From positions 32,001 to 96,000 of IMG/VR virus record IMGVR_UViG_3300020463_000009: DNA of 64,000 bases; one strand, given 5' to 3'. The notes under the pieces were generated by a model. The model was not told where the DNA came from. It worked only from the letters and a program-made list of their open reading frames with translations, and did no database searches. Every line of letters begins with the position of its first letter. The stretch's first letter is position 1. A program made the translations under genes and the position numbers. The stretch comes from a virus. Of this stretch, positions 1 to 10,977 are shown in pieces.

Positions 1-201
1 GACGAAGCGAAATTTAGTCCTGAATTACAAAATTACCTTGTGGTAAGACAAGAAATTCAGGTTAATGCTACAAGACACAGACTTGAGCTTGAAAAAATAG
101 AAGTTTTGACGAATCATTATAACGCTAAAATAGTAGAATTAATTAAAAAAGAAGCACCAGAGACAGAAATTAAAGAAGTCAAAGAAACAGAGAAAAAATA
201 G
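1..201 (+). CDS. Partial hypothetical protein (C-terminal end)
   Basis: Open frame 1 from the window start (DEAKFSPELQNYLVVRQEIQ...) to TAG at 199-201, abutting the ATG at 202. Confidence 0.7.
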   Translation, partial: DEAKFSPELQNYLVVRQEIQVNATRHRLELEKIEVLTNHYNAKIVELIKKEAPETEIKEVKETEKK

Positions 202-534
202 ATGGCCGCTATAGCTAATTTAACCATAGACCAAGGCGCAACTTTTACCTCGGATGTGACCGTAAAAGACGCAAATGGTAATGCTTTTGACCTGACAGGT
301 TATACTGCTAGGGCAAAATTAGCGAAAGGCTATCAATCCACAAAAACAAGGCAAGATTTCACTGCCACAATTGCTAATGCAACAGGAGGCGTAGTTACCT
401 TATCGTTAACAGCGACACAAACTACTGCTCTTGATGATACAAGATACGTATATGATTTAGAGATTGTTACCGGTGATGTAGTGACCAGAGTAATTGAGGG
501 ATTAATCTCTGTACGTCCACAGGTTACTACTTAA
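202..534 (+). CDS. Small virion structural protein (baseplate or fibre-associated, Ig/BppU-like)
   Basis: MAAIANLTIDQGATF...RYVYDLEI...TRVIEG..V.P.VT pattern typical of marine T4-like virion proteins. Confidence 0.65.
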   Translation: MAAIANLTIDQGATFTSDVTVKDANGNAFDLTGYTARAKLAKGYQSTKTRQDFTATIANATGGVVTLSLTATQTTALDDTRYVYDLEIVTGDVVTRVIEGLISVRPQVTT

Positions 535-551
535 TTCTAGCGTCTTTTTGT

Positions 552-559
552 TATAAATA
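552..559 (+). promoter_or_regulatory. T4-type late promoter
   Basis: Exact TATAAATA in the intergenic gap upstream of 580. Confidence 0.8.
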
Positions 560-579
560 TACAAAAGAGAGGGAGTTTA

Positions 580-828
580 ATGCCTGATATAACAGCAAAA
601 ATTAATGTAAATACAAGTGCCGGTCCACAAAAAGTTTCTGTACAACTTCCCTCAGCTCAGGCAGCTGGGAACGCCACTTTACAATTAAAACTTTTAGGTG
701 ATGTTGATACAACTGAATTAAATGATGGTGCATTATTACAATATAGAGCTTCAGACGGTAAGTTTGTAACCAGAACGGAGATAGTAACCACAACCGGAAC
801 GCTCTTATTTAATTGTGGTAACTTTTAA
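580..828 (+). CDS. Small tail-fibre-associated protein
   Basis: L..LGDVD...L.DGALL.Y......F fibre repeat; C-terminal GNF end resembles the DGGSF end of the next gene. Confidence 0.55.
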   Translation: MPDITAKINVNTSAGPQKVSVQLPSAQAAGNATLQLKLLGDVDTTELNDGALLQYRASDGKFVTRTEIVTTTGTLLFNCGNF

Positions 829-837
829 GGATAAAAA

Positions 838-2547
838 ATGGCAACTATAATTCAGATAAAAAGAAGTAATGCAGCTTCAGCACCTAGTACACTAAAACAA
901 GGTGAAATGGGTCTTACGTTTGGGGCAGGTACTCAAGCAAATTTAGGTGATAGACTTTTCATAGGAACAGGTTCAGTAGATTCAAATGGTGACGCAACTA
1001 GTATTGACGTTATCGGCGGTAAATATTTTGCAGATTTAAATGACCACGCTCACGGTACATTAACTGCTAACTCAACAATAATTGTTGACTCAAACAAATC
1101 AATAGATGAATTAATTGTAGGTAACTCTGCTACAGCAGGTGGTACAATTAAATTTAATGAAGGCACAAATAACGGCTCTAACTTTGTTGCCTTAAAAGCA
1201 CCTAATAATACGGCTGCTTCAACAACATTTACATTACCAGATGGTGATGGTACAGCAGGTCAGTTTATGAAAACTGACGGTGGTGGAAATCTATCTTTCG
1301 AAACAATCTTTTCAAACATAGATATGGCCGGTGATACTGGTACAGACACTTACAATACTAATGAGACTTTGACTTTTGCCGGTGGTGCTGGTATGCAAGC
1401 TGTGGTTACAGATAATACGGTAACTATTAATGCAACAGGTTTAACTAATTCAAATTTATCTGGTTCAGCTGCTATTGCAAATGCAAACTTAGCTAATCCA
1501 ACAATAACTTTAGGTTCATCTACATTAACATTAGGTGCAACAACGCAAGATATTGCCGGATTAACTTCTTTAGTAGTTGATGATATTACAATTAATGGCC
1601 AAACACTTTCAACAGGAAGTGCAAACAAAGATATTAATATAAATCCACACGGCACAGGTACGGTAAAAGTTCCTAGTGGTTATGAAGATAGAAGTGGTTT
1701 TGATAATCAATCATTAGCAAACAAAGCTTACGTTGACCAAGTTGCTCAAGGTTTAGATACTAAACCATCTTGTAGAGCGGCTACAACTGCTGACTTATCA
1801 GCAACATATAATAACGGAAGTTCAGGTGTTGGTGCAACATTAACAGCAGGTTCAAATGGCGCAATTGTTATTGATGGTGTATCTGCTAGTGTAAACGATA
1901 GAATTTTAGTTAAAAATCAATCAACAGCTTCTGAAAACGGTATATATGTTGTTTCAACGCAAGGTGATGGTTCAACTGCTTTTGTATTAACAAGAGCAAC
2001 TCCTGAAGACCAACCATCAGAATTATCAGGTGGTGCTTTCGTATTCGTAGAAGAAGGTACGGCTGGTTCTAATAACGGTTATGTATTTACACACACAGGT
2101 GCTCCAACTTTTGGAACAACTGCTTTAGATGTTGTACAATTCTCTGGTGCAGGTTCAGTAATTGCAGGTGCAGCTTTAACTAAATCAGGTAATACTTTAG
2201 ATGTTGCAGTAGATGATAGTTCAATTGAAGTTGCTACAGATTCATTAAGAGTTAAATCATTAGGTATTACAAATGCTATGTTAGCAGGTAGTATTGCAAG
2301 TTCAAAACTAGCAGACCCTATTTTCTTTACAGACGAATCATCAACGCAAGGTCAAGTATCAGTTGGTGGTACTTTAGAATTTATAACAGGCGAAGGTATT
2401 AATACAACTGCCAGCGGAAATAAATTAACTATCGCAGGTGAGTTAGCAAGTACAACAAATATCGGTGTCGCAAAATTTAACGCAACCAATTTTAACGTAA
2501 CCTCTGGTGATGTTGAAATTGATACTATTGACGGAGGAAGTTTCTAG
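838..2547 (+). CDS. Tail fibre protein
   Basis: N-terminal IQIKRS...P.L..GE motif, Gly/Thr/Ala-rich body, ANKAYVD fibre motif, DGGSF C-terminus. Confidence 0.75.
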   Translation: MATIIQIKRSNAASAPSTLKQGEMGLTFGAGTQANLGDRLFIGTGSVDSNGDATSIDVIGGKYFADLNDHAHGTLTANSTIIVDSNKSIDELIVGNSATAGGTIKFNEGTNNGSNFVALKAPNNTAASTTFTLPDGDGTAGQFMKTDGGGNLSFETIFSNIDMAGDTGTDTYNTNETLTFAGGAGMQAVVTDNTVTINATGLTNSNLSGSAAIANANLANPTITLGSSTLTLGATTQDIAGLTSLVVDDITINGQTLSTGSANKDININPHGTGTVKVPSGYEDRSGFDNQSLANKAYVDQVAQGLDTKPSCRAATTADLSATYNNGSSGVGATLTAGSNGAIVIDGVSASVNDRILVKNQSTASENGIYVVSTQGDGSTAFVLTRATPEDQPSELSGGAFVFVEEGTAGSNNGYVFTHTGAPTFGTTALDVVQFSGAGSVIAGAALTKSGNTLDVAVDDSSIEVATDSLRVKSLGITNAMLAGSIASSKLADPIFFTDESSTQGQVSVGGTLEFITGEGINTTASGNKLTIAGELASTTNIGVAKFNATNFNVTSGDVEIDTIDGGSF

Positions 2548-2786
2548 TGTTTACTATTATCAAAAAATGGTTTGATGGTGTTTTAAAATCTTATGAGAAA
2601 AAACCAGTAAATTATTTATCAGGTAAAAAAAAATCAGCAACAATTAGAGTTGGTGATTTAGAATACAAAACAAAAAAAGAATTAGAAACTATCGGTAGAA
2701 AAATCGGTATAGAATTAGATAGAAGATTAACTAAAACAAAATTAATTAATAAAATTAAATATAAAGTAAAGAATAGAAATAGATAA
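2547..2786 (+). CDS. Small basic protein with a Rho-N/HeH-like motif
   Basis: GTG start; KTKKELETIGRKIGIELDRRLTKTKLINKI resembles a Rho N-terminal-like helical motif. Confidence 0.5.
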   Translation: MFTIIKKWFDGVLKSYEKKPVNYLSGKKKSATIRVGDLEYKTKKELETIGRKIGIELDRRLTKTKLINKIKYKVKNRNR

Positions 2787-2788
2787 TT

Positions 2789-3220
2789 ATGGCTGTTGTA
2801 ATTAAACCAAAACGTTCAGAAACTTCATTACAAATACCATCAGCTGCTGCTTTGCAAGTTGGTGAGTTAGCTATGAATGCTACAGACGGAAAGTTTTTTA
2901 CTAAACTTTCTAATGGTACCGTAAGAGAGCTAGGTGGTGCAGGTTCAGTTATTCTACAAGACGTTACCACTAACGGTAATATTACTACAAACGATTTAAT
3001 TTTAAACGGTTCAAACCTAATATTTGAAGGTCTATTAGAAAACGCCTTTGAAACTACTTTAAAAGTTGTAGAGCCAACTGGTGATAGAATTATCAGATTA
3101 CCAAATGTATCTGGTGATGTTATCACAACTGGTAATTTAACTAAAGACGGTACTGCTACTGGTGACCCATTAGCTGCCGAGGGAGACGCCGTTGCTTTTG
3201 CTATAGCATTAGGGGGTTAA
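2789..3220 (+). CDS. Short tail-fibre-like protein
   Basis: IKPKRS...P....L.VGELA.N..DGK.F N-terminus, shared with 838..2547; AVAFAIALGG C-terminus typical of marine phage fibre proteins. Confidence 0.65.
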   Translation: MAVVIKPKRSETSLQIPSAAALQVGELAMNATDGKFFTKLSNGTVRELGGAGSVILQDVTTNGNITTNDLILNGSNLIFEGLLENAFETTLKVVEPTGDRIIRLPNVSGDVITTGNLTKDGTATGDPLAAEGDAVAFAIALGG

Positions 3221-3226
3221 TAGATT

Positions 3227-3556
3227 ATGGCTAGTTCATTTATAAATGCAGGCGCTCAATTAACAATAACAGACGCTACTGGTGCTAATATATACACTTG
3301 TCCGGCGGGTACAAAAGCAGTTATTCACGCTTGTATGGTATCAAATTTAAACAATTCTGGTACTTCAAAAGGCACAATTAAGATTACAACTGACGGTGGT
3401 TCTACGTTTAGAACGGTTTTAAAAGACGCAGAGATACCACCCAACGATACTTTACAGATGGATAAGCCTCTGAATCTAGAGGCAAATGATATAATAAGAA
3501 TATATGGTACAAGCACTAATATGGAATGTTTTTTATCTATATTAGAATTAACGTAA
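3227..3556 (+). CDS. Small virion or tail-associated protein
   Basis: IYTCPAGT...L.LEA.D.I....S.LE.T pattern, commonly found after AIALG-ending genes. Confidence 0.55.
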   Translation: MASSFINAGAQLTITDATGANIYTCPAGTKAVIHACMVSNLNNSGTSKGTIKITTDGGSTFRTVLKDAEIPPNDTLQMDKPLNLEANDIIRIYGTSTNMECFLSILELT

Positions 3557-3564
3557 TAAAGTTT

Positions 3565-3572
3565 TATAAATA
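3565..3572 (+). promoter_or_regulatory. T4-type late promoter
   Basis: TATAAATA followed by a GGAG RBS before 3601. Confidence 0.8.
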
Positions 3573-3600
3573 TAGATAGAATTTAAGTTAGGAGATATTA

Positions 3601-4047
3601 ATGGCACTAGTAGTAAATAAAGTTTACAACGCTAAAGACGCAAATGGTAAAACGATTACTAGTGAATATAGTTTCCACGGATTAAGTCGTGATGGAGATG
3701 GTCTTTTAACATATACTAAAAGTAATTGGTATAGTGGTGATTCAATTAATATGGACAATGGTGAAGGAACAGCTTACAATTCAGTAGGTGAGTTTCAAAA
3801 AAATGAGTTAACGTATGCTAGTGGTTCTTATTCAGTAGGACATAATATTAATGATATACCTATTGATTATAGTTCAACAACTGACCCTAGACAAGCGAAT
3901 ACTATAAACAGAAAATATGAGCAACACGTATTTGATGAAAACAAAGCGACTTACTTTATTAATGCTGACGGTTATTTGGTATTGAGAATTGGAAATGAAT
4001 ATACATACGGTGCTCAAGATGGTGCAACAGGTAACTGGACCACTTAA
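3601..4047 (+). CDS. Hypothetical virion protein
   Basis: ORF with late promoter and RBS; Y.IN.DGYLV.R C-terminal motif. Confidence 0.55.
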   Translation: MALVVNKVYNAKDANGKTITSEYSFHGLSRDGDGLLTYTKSNWYSGDSINMDNGEGTAYNSVGEFQKNELTYASGSYSVGHNINDIPIDYSSTTDPRQANTINRKYEQHVFDENKATYFINADGYLVLRIGNEYTYGAQDGATGNWTT

Positions 4048-4069
4048 TAAGGAAATATAGGAAAAAACA

Positions 4070-7000
4070 ATGGCAGATTTTGTACTAGGTAGATTAAAGT
4101 TTCACTTCAAAGGTGCTTGGACTACTGGAACGGCTTATATAAAAGATGACGTACTTACTTATGGTGGTAATGCGTTTGTATGTAAAGTAAACCATACAGC
4201 AAATGCAGATTTTTATGTAGATTTAAACCACGGTACGCCAAAATGGGCAAAGATGGCCGGCGGTTTCGAATACAAAGGAAATTGGGCAGCTACAACTCTT
4301 TACAAAATTGATGATATCGTAACCTACGGTGGTTCGACTTATAGATGTTTAACAGGTCATACTTCACAAGCAGACTTATATGATGACACGGCAAAATGGC
4401 AAACATTTGCCGCTGGTTTAGCTTGGAGAGGTGATTGGGCAACATCAACTGGTTACAGAAATGATGACATTGTAAAATACGGTGCAAACACATATCTATG
4501 TACAACTCAACACACATCTTCAGGTACAACATTAGACGAAAGTAAATTTACTTTATTCGTATCAGGACTAGAATTTGAAAATTCTTGGTCATCTTCAACT
4601 TTATACCAATTAGGTGATATTGTTACCTACGGTGGTTATAACTACGTTGCTGAAAGAGCAAACAATAATGTTATACCTTACAACAATGCTTCAGATTGGA
4701 AATTATTTACAACAGGATTTACCAACACAGGTACTTGGTCAAACTCAACAGCATATAAAACTGGTGATACCGTAAACCACGGTGGTCATTATTATGTGGC
4801 TAAAATTGACGGAACAAACCAAGAGCCAACAGGTACAACTAACTCATATTGGGATTTAGTTGTAGAAGGATTATATTGGAGAAACAATTGGGCAACTGCT
4901 ACTGCTTACAAAATTGGTGACGCAGTTTCTTATGGAGCTTCTTCTTACAGAGCAAAAACAAATCATACTTCATCAGCTTCTAATAGACCAGATGTTTCAG
5001 GTCAAACAGATTGGGACTTACTTGCAGAAGGAGATTCAAACGCAACTCTAACTACAAGAGGTGATATATTAACTAGAGACGCAACTCAACGAGTTAGATT
5101 ACCAATCGGTGCAGCTGGTACTTTCTTAAAATCAGATGGTACAGATGTTGTATGGGCATTACCAAATGTAGCAAACAAAGTTTATTATGTATCTACTTCA
5201 GGTACAGACAATACAGATACAGGTAGAGGTACTTCTCCTGAATTACCTTGGAGAACAATTAAATATGCTTGTTCACAAGTAGCTTCAGACACAACAAATT
5301 TCAAAACAATTAAAGTTGCAACAGGAACATATACTGAACAATTACCAATTACGGTTGCAAGAAAAACTGCTATAATAGGTGATAACTTACGAAGTGTTAC
5401 CGTTTCGCCAGATACTACAACTGACAATGGTGCAGGTGCAGGTATATCAAGTGATGGTTCAACACCAAATAACAGACAGACTATGTTTAGATTAAATGAC
5501 TCTGTTACCTTATCTGGTATGACATTTAGTGGAATGACAGGTCAATTAGCTGGTTCAGCAAGTGCTGACGGTTTAACAAGACCAACAACTGCTACAGGTG
5601 CAACAGCAACAGGTGTTGTTTGTGCTCTTGACCCAGGTTCAGGTCCTACTGATACTTCAGTTCACATTGTTGCAAGGTCACCTTTTGTACAAAACTGCTC
5701 ATCTATTGGTACTAGAGCTGTTGGTATTAAAATTGATGGTTCTTTACACAATGCAGGTAATAAATCAATACTTGCAAATGACTTTACACAGGTCATTGAT
5801 AACGGTTTCGGTGTATGGATATTAAATGGTGCAAAATCAGAATTAGTATCTGTATTTACTTATTACTGCTACGTTGGTTATCTTGCCGACTCAGGTGGTG
5901 TAATGCGTTCACTAAACTCTAACAACTCATATGGTGAAAGAGGTTCAGTTGCTTCAGGTGTTGACCCTAACGAAACACCGGTTACAGCAACGGTAAATAA
6001 TAGAGACAATGAGGCAATCATTGGTAGAGCATTAGTATCAAACGCTGGTGTTTACAGATTAGAACAAGAATACGCAGGTGAAACTTATACATCTGCTTCA
6101 GAAACAATTACAGGTTCAGGCGCAAATGCTAACTTCACGGCAGACATAGTTGATGGTGCAGTTAAACATATTGATACAACAACAAATGGTGCAGGTCACT
6201 TTACAACCATTGGTGTTGCTCAAGGCGGTTCAACAACAACTATCAGATTAGCGGCTGCCGATACACAAGCGGATGATTTCTATAACGGTATGAGAATTAC
6301 GGTTACAACTGGTACTGGTTCAGGTCAAACTGCTTACATTGGTGATTATGCAACAGCAACAAAAACTGCTACCGTTTTCAAAGAAGATGGTTCAGCAGGT
6401 TTTGATGTATTTGGTCCAACTTCAGTTGCAGTTGCTCCAGACGCAACAACAAATTATGAAATTGAGCCAAGAGTTACCATCACAGGCGGTGGTTCTCCTA
6501 CAAGAAACGCATTAGCAAGAGTTATAATTGAAAATCAAATAATTAAAAAATTCTTAATCATTGATGGTGGTGCAGGTTATTCAACTGCTCCTTCAATTTC
6601 GGTAACAGACCCTAACGCAACAACCGTTGGTACTGGTACTGCTACAATTGGTGACGGAGTAATTTCAAGATGGACATATGTAGCTGCAGGTTCAGGTTAT
6701 AAACAAGAAAACACGGCAGGTACCGTATCTGGTGATGGTTATGCTGAAATCTTACCAGTTGGTGCAACGGTAAAAACTTCAGGTTTAGCTTCTCAACCAA
6801 AAGCAGGTTCAAGTATTGTATTTTCAAATGCTTCAAGTGTAAGTTATATTATAGTAAGTGTTCTTGCACACGCAAATGGCGGTATAACAAGTATGGAAGT
6901 ATCACCAAATATTTCAAAAACAAATGCTCCTACTCAAGGGGTTACTGCTACGGTTAGACAAAATTATTCAAACATAAGATTAACAGGTCACGACTTCCTA

Positions 7001-7771
7001 GATATTGGTACAGGTGGTATATCAACTACAAATTATCCTGACTTAAATGGTTATACACAAGCGCCAGACCAATCAGACGAAGTTTACGATTTAGATAGAG
7101 GTAGAGTATTCTATACTTCAACCGACCAAGATGGTAACTTTAGAGTTGGTGAATTGTTTAGAGTAGAACAATCAACAGGTAAGGCAACATTGAACGCAGA
7201 AGCTTTTGACCTTTCTGGATTAAGACAATTATCTCTAGGTTCAGTTGCATTAGGAAATTTTGGTGCAACAATTTCAGAATTTAGTACAGATGGTACTTTA
7301 GGCGATAACTCTGATAACGCTCTCGTAACCGAGAAAGCAATTAGAACATTCGTTGAAAACCAATTAGGTGGTGGTCAAAACAACTTGACCGTTAACTCTG
7401 CTCAAATTGGTGATATAACAATTTCAGGAAGTAATATCTCTGCTTCAACTGGAAATACAACAACATTTACAACAATTCCACAAACAAGTGTCTCACCAAC
7501 TAGTGCAAATCACTTGACTAACAAAGCATACGTAGATGAAAATGTAACCCCTAATTTACAAACTCTATCTTTTGATAAAGACACAGGTCAATTGAATAGA
7601 CAAGTGGTAACAAATTTTAATACGGTAACTCAAAACGTAGATACTTTAATTAATTCAGCTGAAGAAAATTTAGGTTTCGAAGTTATAAATGGTTCAATGA
7701 GAATTGAGTTAGACAAAGGTGGTAATTTAGTTTATAGAACAATAGCTGATGAATCAAAAGCTGAGGCATAA
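4070..7771 (+). CDS. Large tail-fibre or receptor-binding scaffold protein with N-terminal W-x3-T-x-Y-x3-D-x-V-x-YGG repeats
   Basis: About six tandem ~50-aa CBM5/12-like repeats, then a YYVSTSGTD...PW.TI..A beta-helix-like region; C-terminal HDFLDIGTG...GRVFYTSTDQDGNFRVG motif of marine T4-like virion proteins. Confidence 0.7.
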   Translation: MADFVLGRLKFHFKGAWTTGTAYIKDDVLTYGGNAFVCKVNHTANADFYVDLNHGTPKWAKMAGGFEYKGNWAATTLYKIDDIVTYGGSTYRCLTGHTSQADLYDDTAKWQTFAAGLAWRGDWATSTGYRNDDIVKYGANTYLCTTQHTSSGTTLDESKFTLFVSGLEFENSWSSSTLYQLGDIVTYGGYNYVAERANNNVIPYNNASDWKLFTTGFTNTGTWSNSTAYKTGDTVNHGGHYYVAKIDGTNQEPTGTTNSYWDLVVEGLYWRNNWATATAYKIGDAVSYGASSYRAKTNHTSSASNRPDVSGQTDWDLLAEGDSNATLTTRGDILTRDATQRVRLPIGAAGTFLKSDGTDVVWALPNVANKVYYVSTSGTDNTDTGRGTSPELPWRTIKYACSQVASDTTNFKTIKVATGTYTEQLPITVARKTAIIGDNLRSVTVSPDTTTDNGAGAGISSDGSTPNNRQTMFRLNDSVTLSGMTFSGMTGQLAGSASADGLTRPTTATGATATGVVCALDPGSGPTDTSVHIVARSPFVQNCSSIGTRAVGIKIDGSLHNAGNKSILANDFTQVIDNGFGVWILNGAKSELVSVFTYYCYVGYLADSGGVMRSLNSNNSYGERGSVASGVDPNETPVTATVNNRDNEAIIGRALVSNAGVYRLEQEYAGETYTSASETITGSGANANFTADIVDGAVKHIDTTTNGAGHFTTIGVAQGGSTTTIRLAAADTQADDFYNGMRITVTTGTGSGQTAYIGDYATATKTATVFKEDGSAGFDVFGPTSVAVAPDATTNYEIEPRVTITGGGSPTRNALARVIIENQIIKKFLIIDGGAGYSTAPSISVTDPNATTVGTGTATIGDGVISRWTYVAAGSGYKQENTAGTVSGDGYAEILPVGATVKTSGLASQPKAGSSIVFSNASSVSYIIVSVLAHANGGITSMEVSPNISKTNAPTQGVTATVRQNYSNIRLTGHDFLDIGTGGISTTNYPDLNGYTQAPDQSDEVYDLDRGRVFYTSTDQDGNFRVGELFRVEQSTGKATLNAEAFDLSGLRQLSLGSVALGNFGATISEFSTDGTLGDNSDNALVTEKAIRTFVENQLGGGQNNLTVNSAQIGDITISGSNISASTGNTTTFTTIPQTSVSPTSANHLTNKAYVDENVTPNLQTLSFDKDTGQLNRQVVTNFNTVTQNVDTLINSAEENLGFEVINGSMRIELDKGGNLVYRTIADESKAEA

Positions 7772-7774
7772 GAG

Positions 7775-7782
7775 TATAAATA
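7775..7782 (+). promoter_or_regulatory. T4-type late promoter
   Basis: TATAAATA immediately upstream of 7792. Confidence 0.8.
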
Positions 7783-7791
7783 GGATAGAAA

Positions 7792-10700
7792 ATGGCAATT
7801 ACTAAAACAAATATTGGAAACTTGTGGTTTAATTATCGTGGTGATTACGATAATACTGCTAGTTATAACAAAGATGATGTTGTAATCTGGAACAATACAG
7901 ATTATTTGAATGTCAGAGAATCAGCAACAACAGGAAAAAGACCTGAACAAAATACTCAATATTATTACAATGTTGAAGTTGCAAACGACCCATTAGACTC
8001 AACAAACAAATTTAAAGTTGACGCAGACGTAACCTCTACAATAGAATATGCGCCTACTCTTTATGTAAGAAAAGGTGATAAGATTGTTTTTTATCAAAAC
8101 AATAATAATAATGACGATAATCCTCTTGCAATGTCAACTTCAGCTACGTCTCAATCTTCAAACTATTTAACTGAAGGTGTTTCGTTTTATCATAATGAAG
8201 AGCCAGTTTCAAGAACAGATTATATTAATACTTCAAAATTTAATACAAAGACAGCTAGAAAAGTAGTTGTAGAATTTACAAAAGATACACCAAGTGAAGT
8301 TTATTATTTCTCAACAGGTAACGCAAGTTATGGTGCTAAAATAGTTGTTGCAGAATGGGACACTTGGAGACCTTTAAGAAACTCATTTAAATGGAGAGGT
8401 TTACACGTAAACACTTCAGGACAAATTTATTACGAAAATGATGTTGTACAAATTAGAGTTGGTATTAACAATGACAGAGGTACAGATTATGAGCCTTATC
8501 AAGTTAAAGAAACATTAACAACTTACATATGTTTAAGACAACATACAACAGATGGAACAGACAGATTTTTACCTTATAACAGAAATGTAGATACTAATGC
8601 TAATATGTATTGGTTGAAAATGGGTACAGAATATGAAGCAGACGACCAACAATGGGAAGACAATGGTGTTATTTCAAGTGTAAATAATATTTCAGCTGCT
8701 GACGCAAACAGATTACACGGTACTTATAGATTTGTAAGTGCTAAATCATCTTCAAGAAGTGGTGCATATCCAGGTATGTTCAAAATTGAAATGCAAGGTA
8801 ATGGAAATATTCTTGCAGTTGATAACTTTGCGGCTGCAAATTCTTCAAGAACAGCAGGAACATATACAAATTTATCTCAAAGTGCAACAACAGGTGTTGG
8901 TACAGGTGCAACTTTTAATATTACAATTGATAGTACAGGTGCAGCTTCAAAAGTAGAAATTATAAAACAAAGAAATAAAACATCTACTCCAACGGGTGGT
9001 TCAGGTTATGTTAATGACGAAACGGTAACAATTGCTGATGGTTCATTAGGTGGCGGTGGTGCTCCCGACTTTACGGTTCAAGTAAATGGTGTTGGTGTTG
9101 CAGGTGCGGCTACGGTAACCGTAGAAGATACAAGATACGATTCAAGAAGAGAGAGAAGATATTTTAACGACACAGGTCAATTAGCAGGTGGTGAAGATAA
9201 CCAAGTTGGTGATACAATTACAATTGATGGTGATGTATTCATTAAATCTGGTGGCACAGCTGCTACTGATTTAACTTTCCAAGTTGCTACCGTTGAAAAA
9301 CAATTAAGAGGTAGTTCAGATTTATTTACAGGTAACCCACACGAATGTATATCATTAGCAAACAGAGGTCCTGTATTTACAGATAATAGATATGAAAGAT
9401 TAGGACCTGAAAGAACATTTAGAAATTCATATAATAATCCAGGATTTATTGGTGGTACAGGTAACGTTTGGATATGGGGTACTACTTCAAATGGTAGTAA
9501 TGCATTTAACCACGACTTAATGACAGGAAGACAAATAACTTTCCACCACTATGATTGGTGGAGAAGTACAGACAATGGCGGAACAGGTGTTCACACAACT
9601 CCTGACGGAGAAATTCCTAAAATAATTCAATTAGAAATGGGTTTTGAGTGTGGTATGGCACTTATGAATTCTGGTGAATTATATCATTGGGGTTATGGTG
9701 GTCACGGTCAAAATGGTGACGCCTCAACTTCTAACAGAGACCACCCGGTAAGAGTTGGTGGTTCTAACCAAAACGTTTACTTAGCAGCTAATAGTTCAAC
9801 GCACATATTTAAAGATGTAAGAATTAAAAGATGTTGGATTTCAAACGTTATGGACGGACAAAATACAAATACACACTCTTGTTATGCTTTAGATGAAAAC
9901 GGAAATTTATATTCTTGGGGTTATAACGGATATGGTCAATTAGGTACTAACAATACAACTAACTATAACACACCTCAATTAATTCCAAAAGCAACTTACT
10001 TTAACGGTAATGAAATTGAGCATATGTGGTGTTCAGGTGGTAACTATGTATTTGTTCACGCAGTTGACACAGCAGGAAATTTATATGCTTGGGGTAGAAA
10101 CAATGATGGTCAATTAGGTGTAGGTAATACATCCGACCAAAATACACCTCAACAAATTTCTTCACCGGCATTTACAGACGCAGGTGTTGGTAGAATTAAA
10201 AGATTACTACAAGATACAGATTCAGACGACCAAAGAGCTGCAATCTTGACAGAAAGAGGAAATATTTACTTTACAGGTTACAATGGTCACGGTGGTTTTG
10301 GTAATGGTAATACTACTTCTTTAAACACATTTACAATTGCTTCTAATGGTTGTGGTAATGCAGCTAATTCAGACGCACACAATATGTGGTTTACAGGTAG
10401 TTCTAACTATGATATGACTTGGATAGAAGATAGTATGGGTAATATTCAATGTGCTGGTTACAATAACTACTATCAATTAGGTATTGGTAATAACTCAACT
10501 CAAAATAGTTGGCAAACACCAAAAGTACAAGTTGGTTCTAACACACAAAAAGATATTCACAACGTAAAACAAATTTCAAGTTATTCACATTATAACGATA
10601 CCTCTGTAAGAATATTAACTTGGGACGGAATAATGTATTCAGCAGGTAGAAATACTTATGGTATGGCTGCTGTAGGTTTTAGTACAGGTAATTGTAATAC

Positions 10701-10959
10701 AGATAGAGACGCAGAGAATGGTAAAGACCACTTTAATGATGGTTACTTTATACAAAATAAATTACCACCATCTATGATTGGAAACGTTGAAGATGTAAAC
10801 GGTTGTGGTTATGGTGATAACTCTGACTCAAACTATGGTTTCTTTGAATATAAAACATTTGATAACAGATATTACTTAAACGGATACGGTGGCGGTTATA
10901 TGCAAGGACAATGGGACGGACAATATAATTGTATTCCTCATCCACCTATTTTAGGATAA
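7792..10959 (+). CDS. RCC1/BLIP-II repeat virion protein 1 (putative receptor-binding)
   Basis: Repeated G.LYSWGYNGYGQLG, GNLYAWGRNNDGQLGVG motifs in the C-terminal half. Confidence 0.75.
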   Translation: MAITKTNIGNLWFNYRGDYDNTASYNKDDVVIWNNTDYLNVRESATTGKRPEQNTQYYYNVEVANDPLDSTNKFKVDADVTSTIEYAPTLYVRKGDKIVFYQNNNNNDDNPLAMSTSATSQSSNYLTEGVSFYHNEEPVSRTDYINTSKFNTKTARKVVVEFTKDTPSEVYYFSTGNASYGAKIVVAEWDTWRPLRNSFKWRGLHVNTSGQIYYENDVVQIRVGINNDRGTDYEPYQVKETLTTYICLRQHTTDGTDRFLPYNRNVDTNANMYWLKMGTEYEADDQQWEDNGVISSVNNISAADANRLHGTYRFVSAKSSSRSGAYPGMFKIEMQGNGNILAVDNFAAANSSRTAGTYTNLSQSATTGVGTGATFNITIDSTGAASKVEIIKQRNKTSTPTGGSGYVNDETVTIADGSLGGGGAPDFTVQVNGVGVAGAATVTVEDTRYDSRRERRYFNDTGQLAGGEDNQVGDTITIDGDVFIKSGGTAATDLTFQVATVEKQLRGSSDLFTGNPHECISLANRGPVFTDNRYERLGPERTFRNSYNNPGFIGGTGNVWIWGTTSNGSNAFNHDLMTGRQITFHHYDWWRSTDNGGTGVHTTPDGEIPKIIQLEMGFECGMALMNSGELYHWGYGGHGQNGDASTSNRDHPVRVGGSNQNVYLAANSSTHIFKDVRIKRCWISNVMDGQNTNTHSCYALDENGNLYSWGYNGYGQLGTNNTTNYNTPQLIPKATYFNGNEIEHMWCSGGNYVFVHAVDTAGNLYAWGRNNDGQLGVGNTSDQNTPQQISSPAFTDAGVGRIKRLLQDTDSDDQRAAILTERGNIYFTGYNGHGGFGNGNTTSLNTFTIASNGCGNAANSDAHNMWFTGSSNYDMTWIEDSMGNIQCAGYNNYYQLGIGNNSTQNSWQTPKVQVGSNTQKDIHNVKQISSYSHYNDTSVRILTWDGIMYSAGRNTYGMAAVGFSTGNCNTDRDAENGKDHFNDGYFIQNKLPPSMIGNVEDVNGCGYGDNSDSNYGFFEYKTFDNRYYLNGYGGGYMQGQWDGQYNCIPHPPILG

Positions 10960-10977
10960 ATATAAAGAGAGATAAAA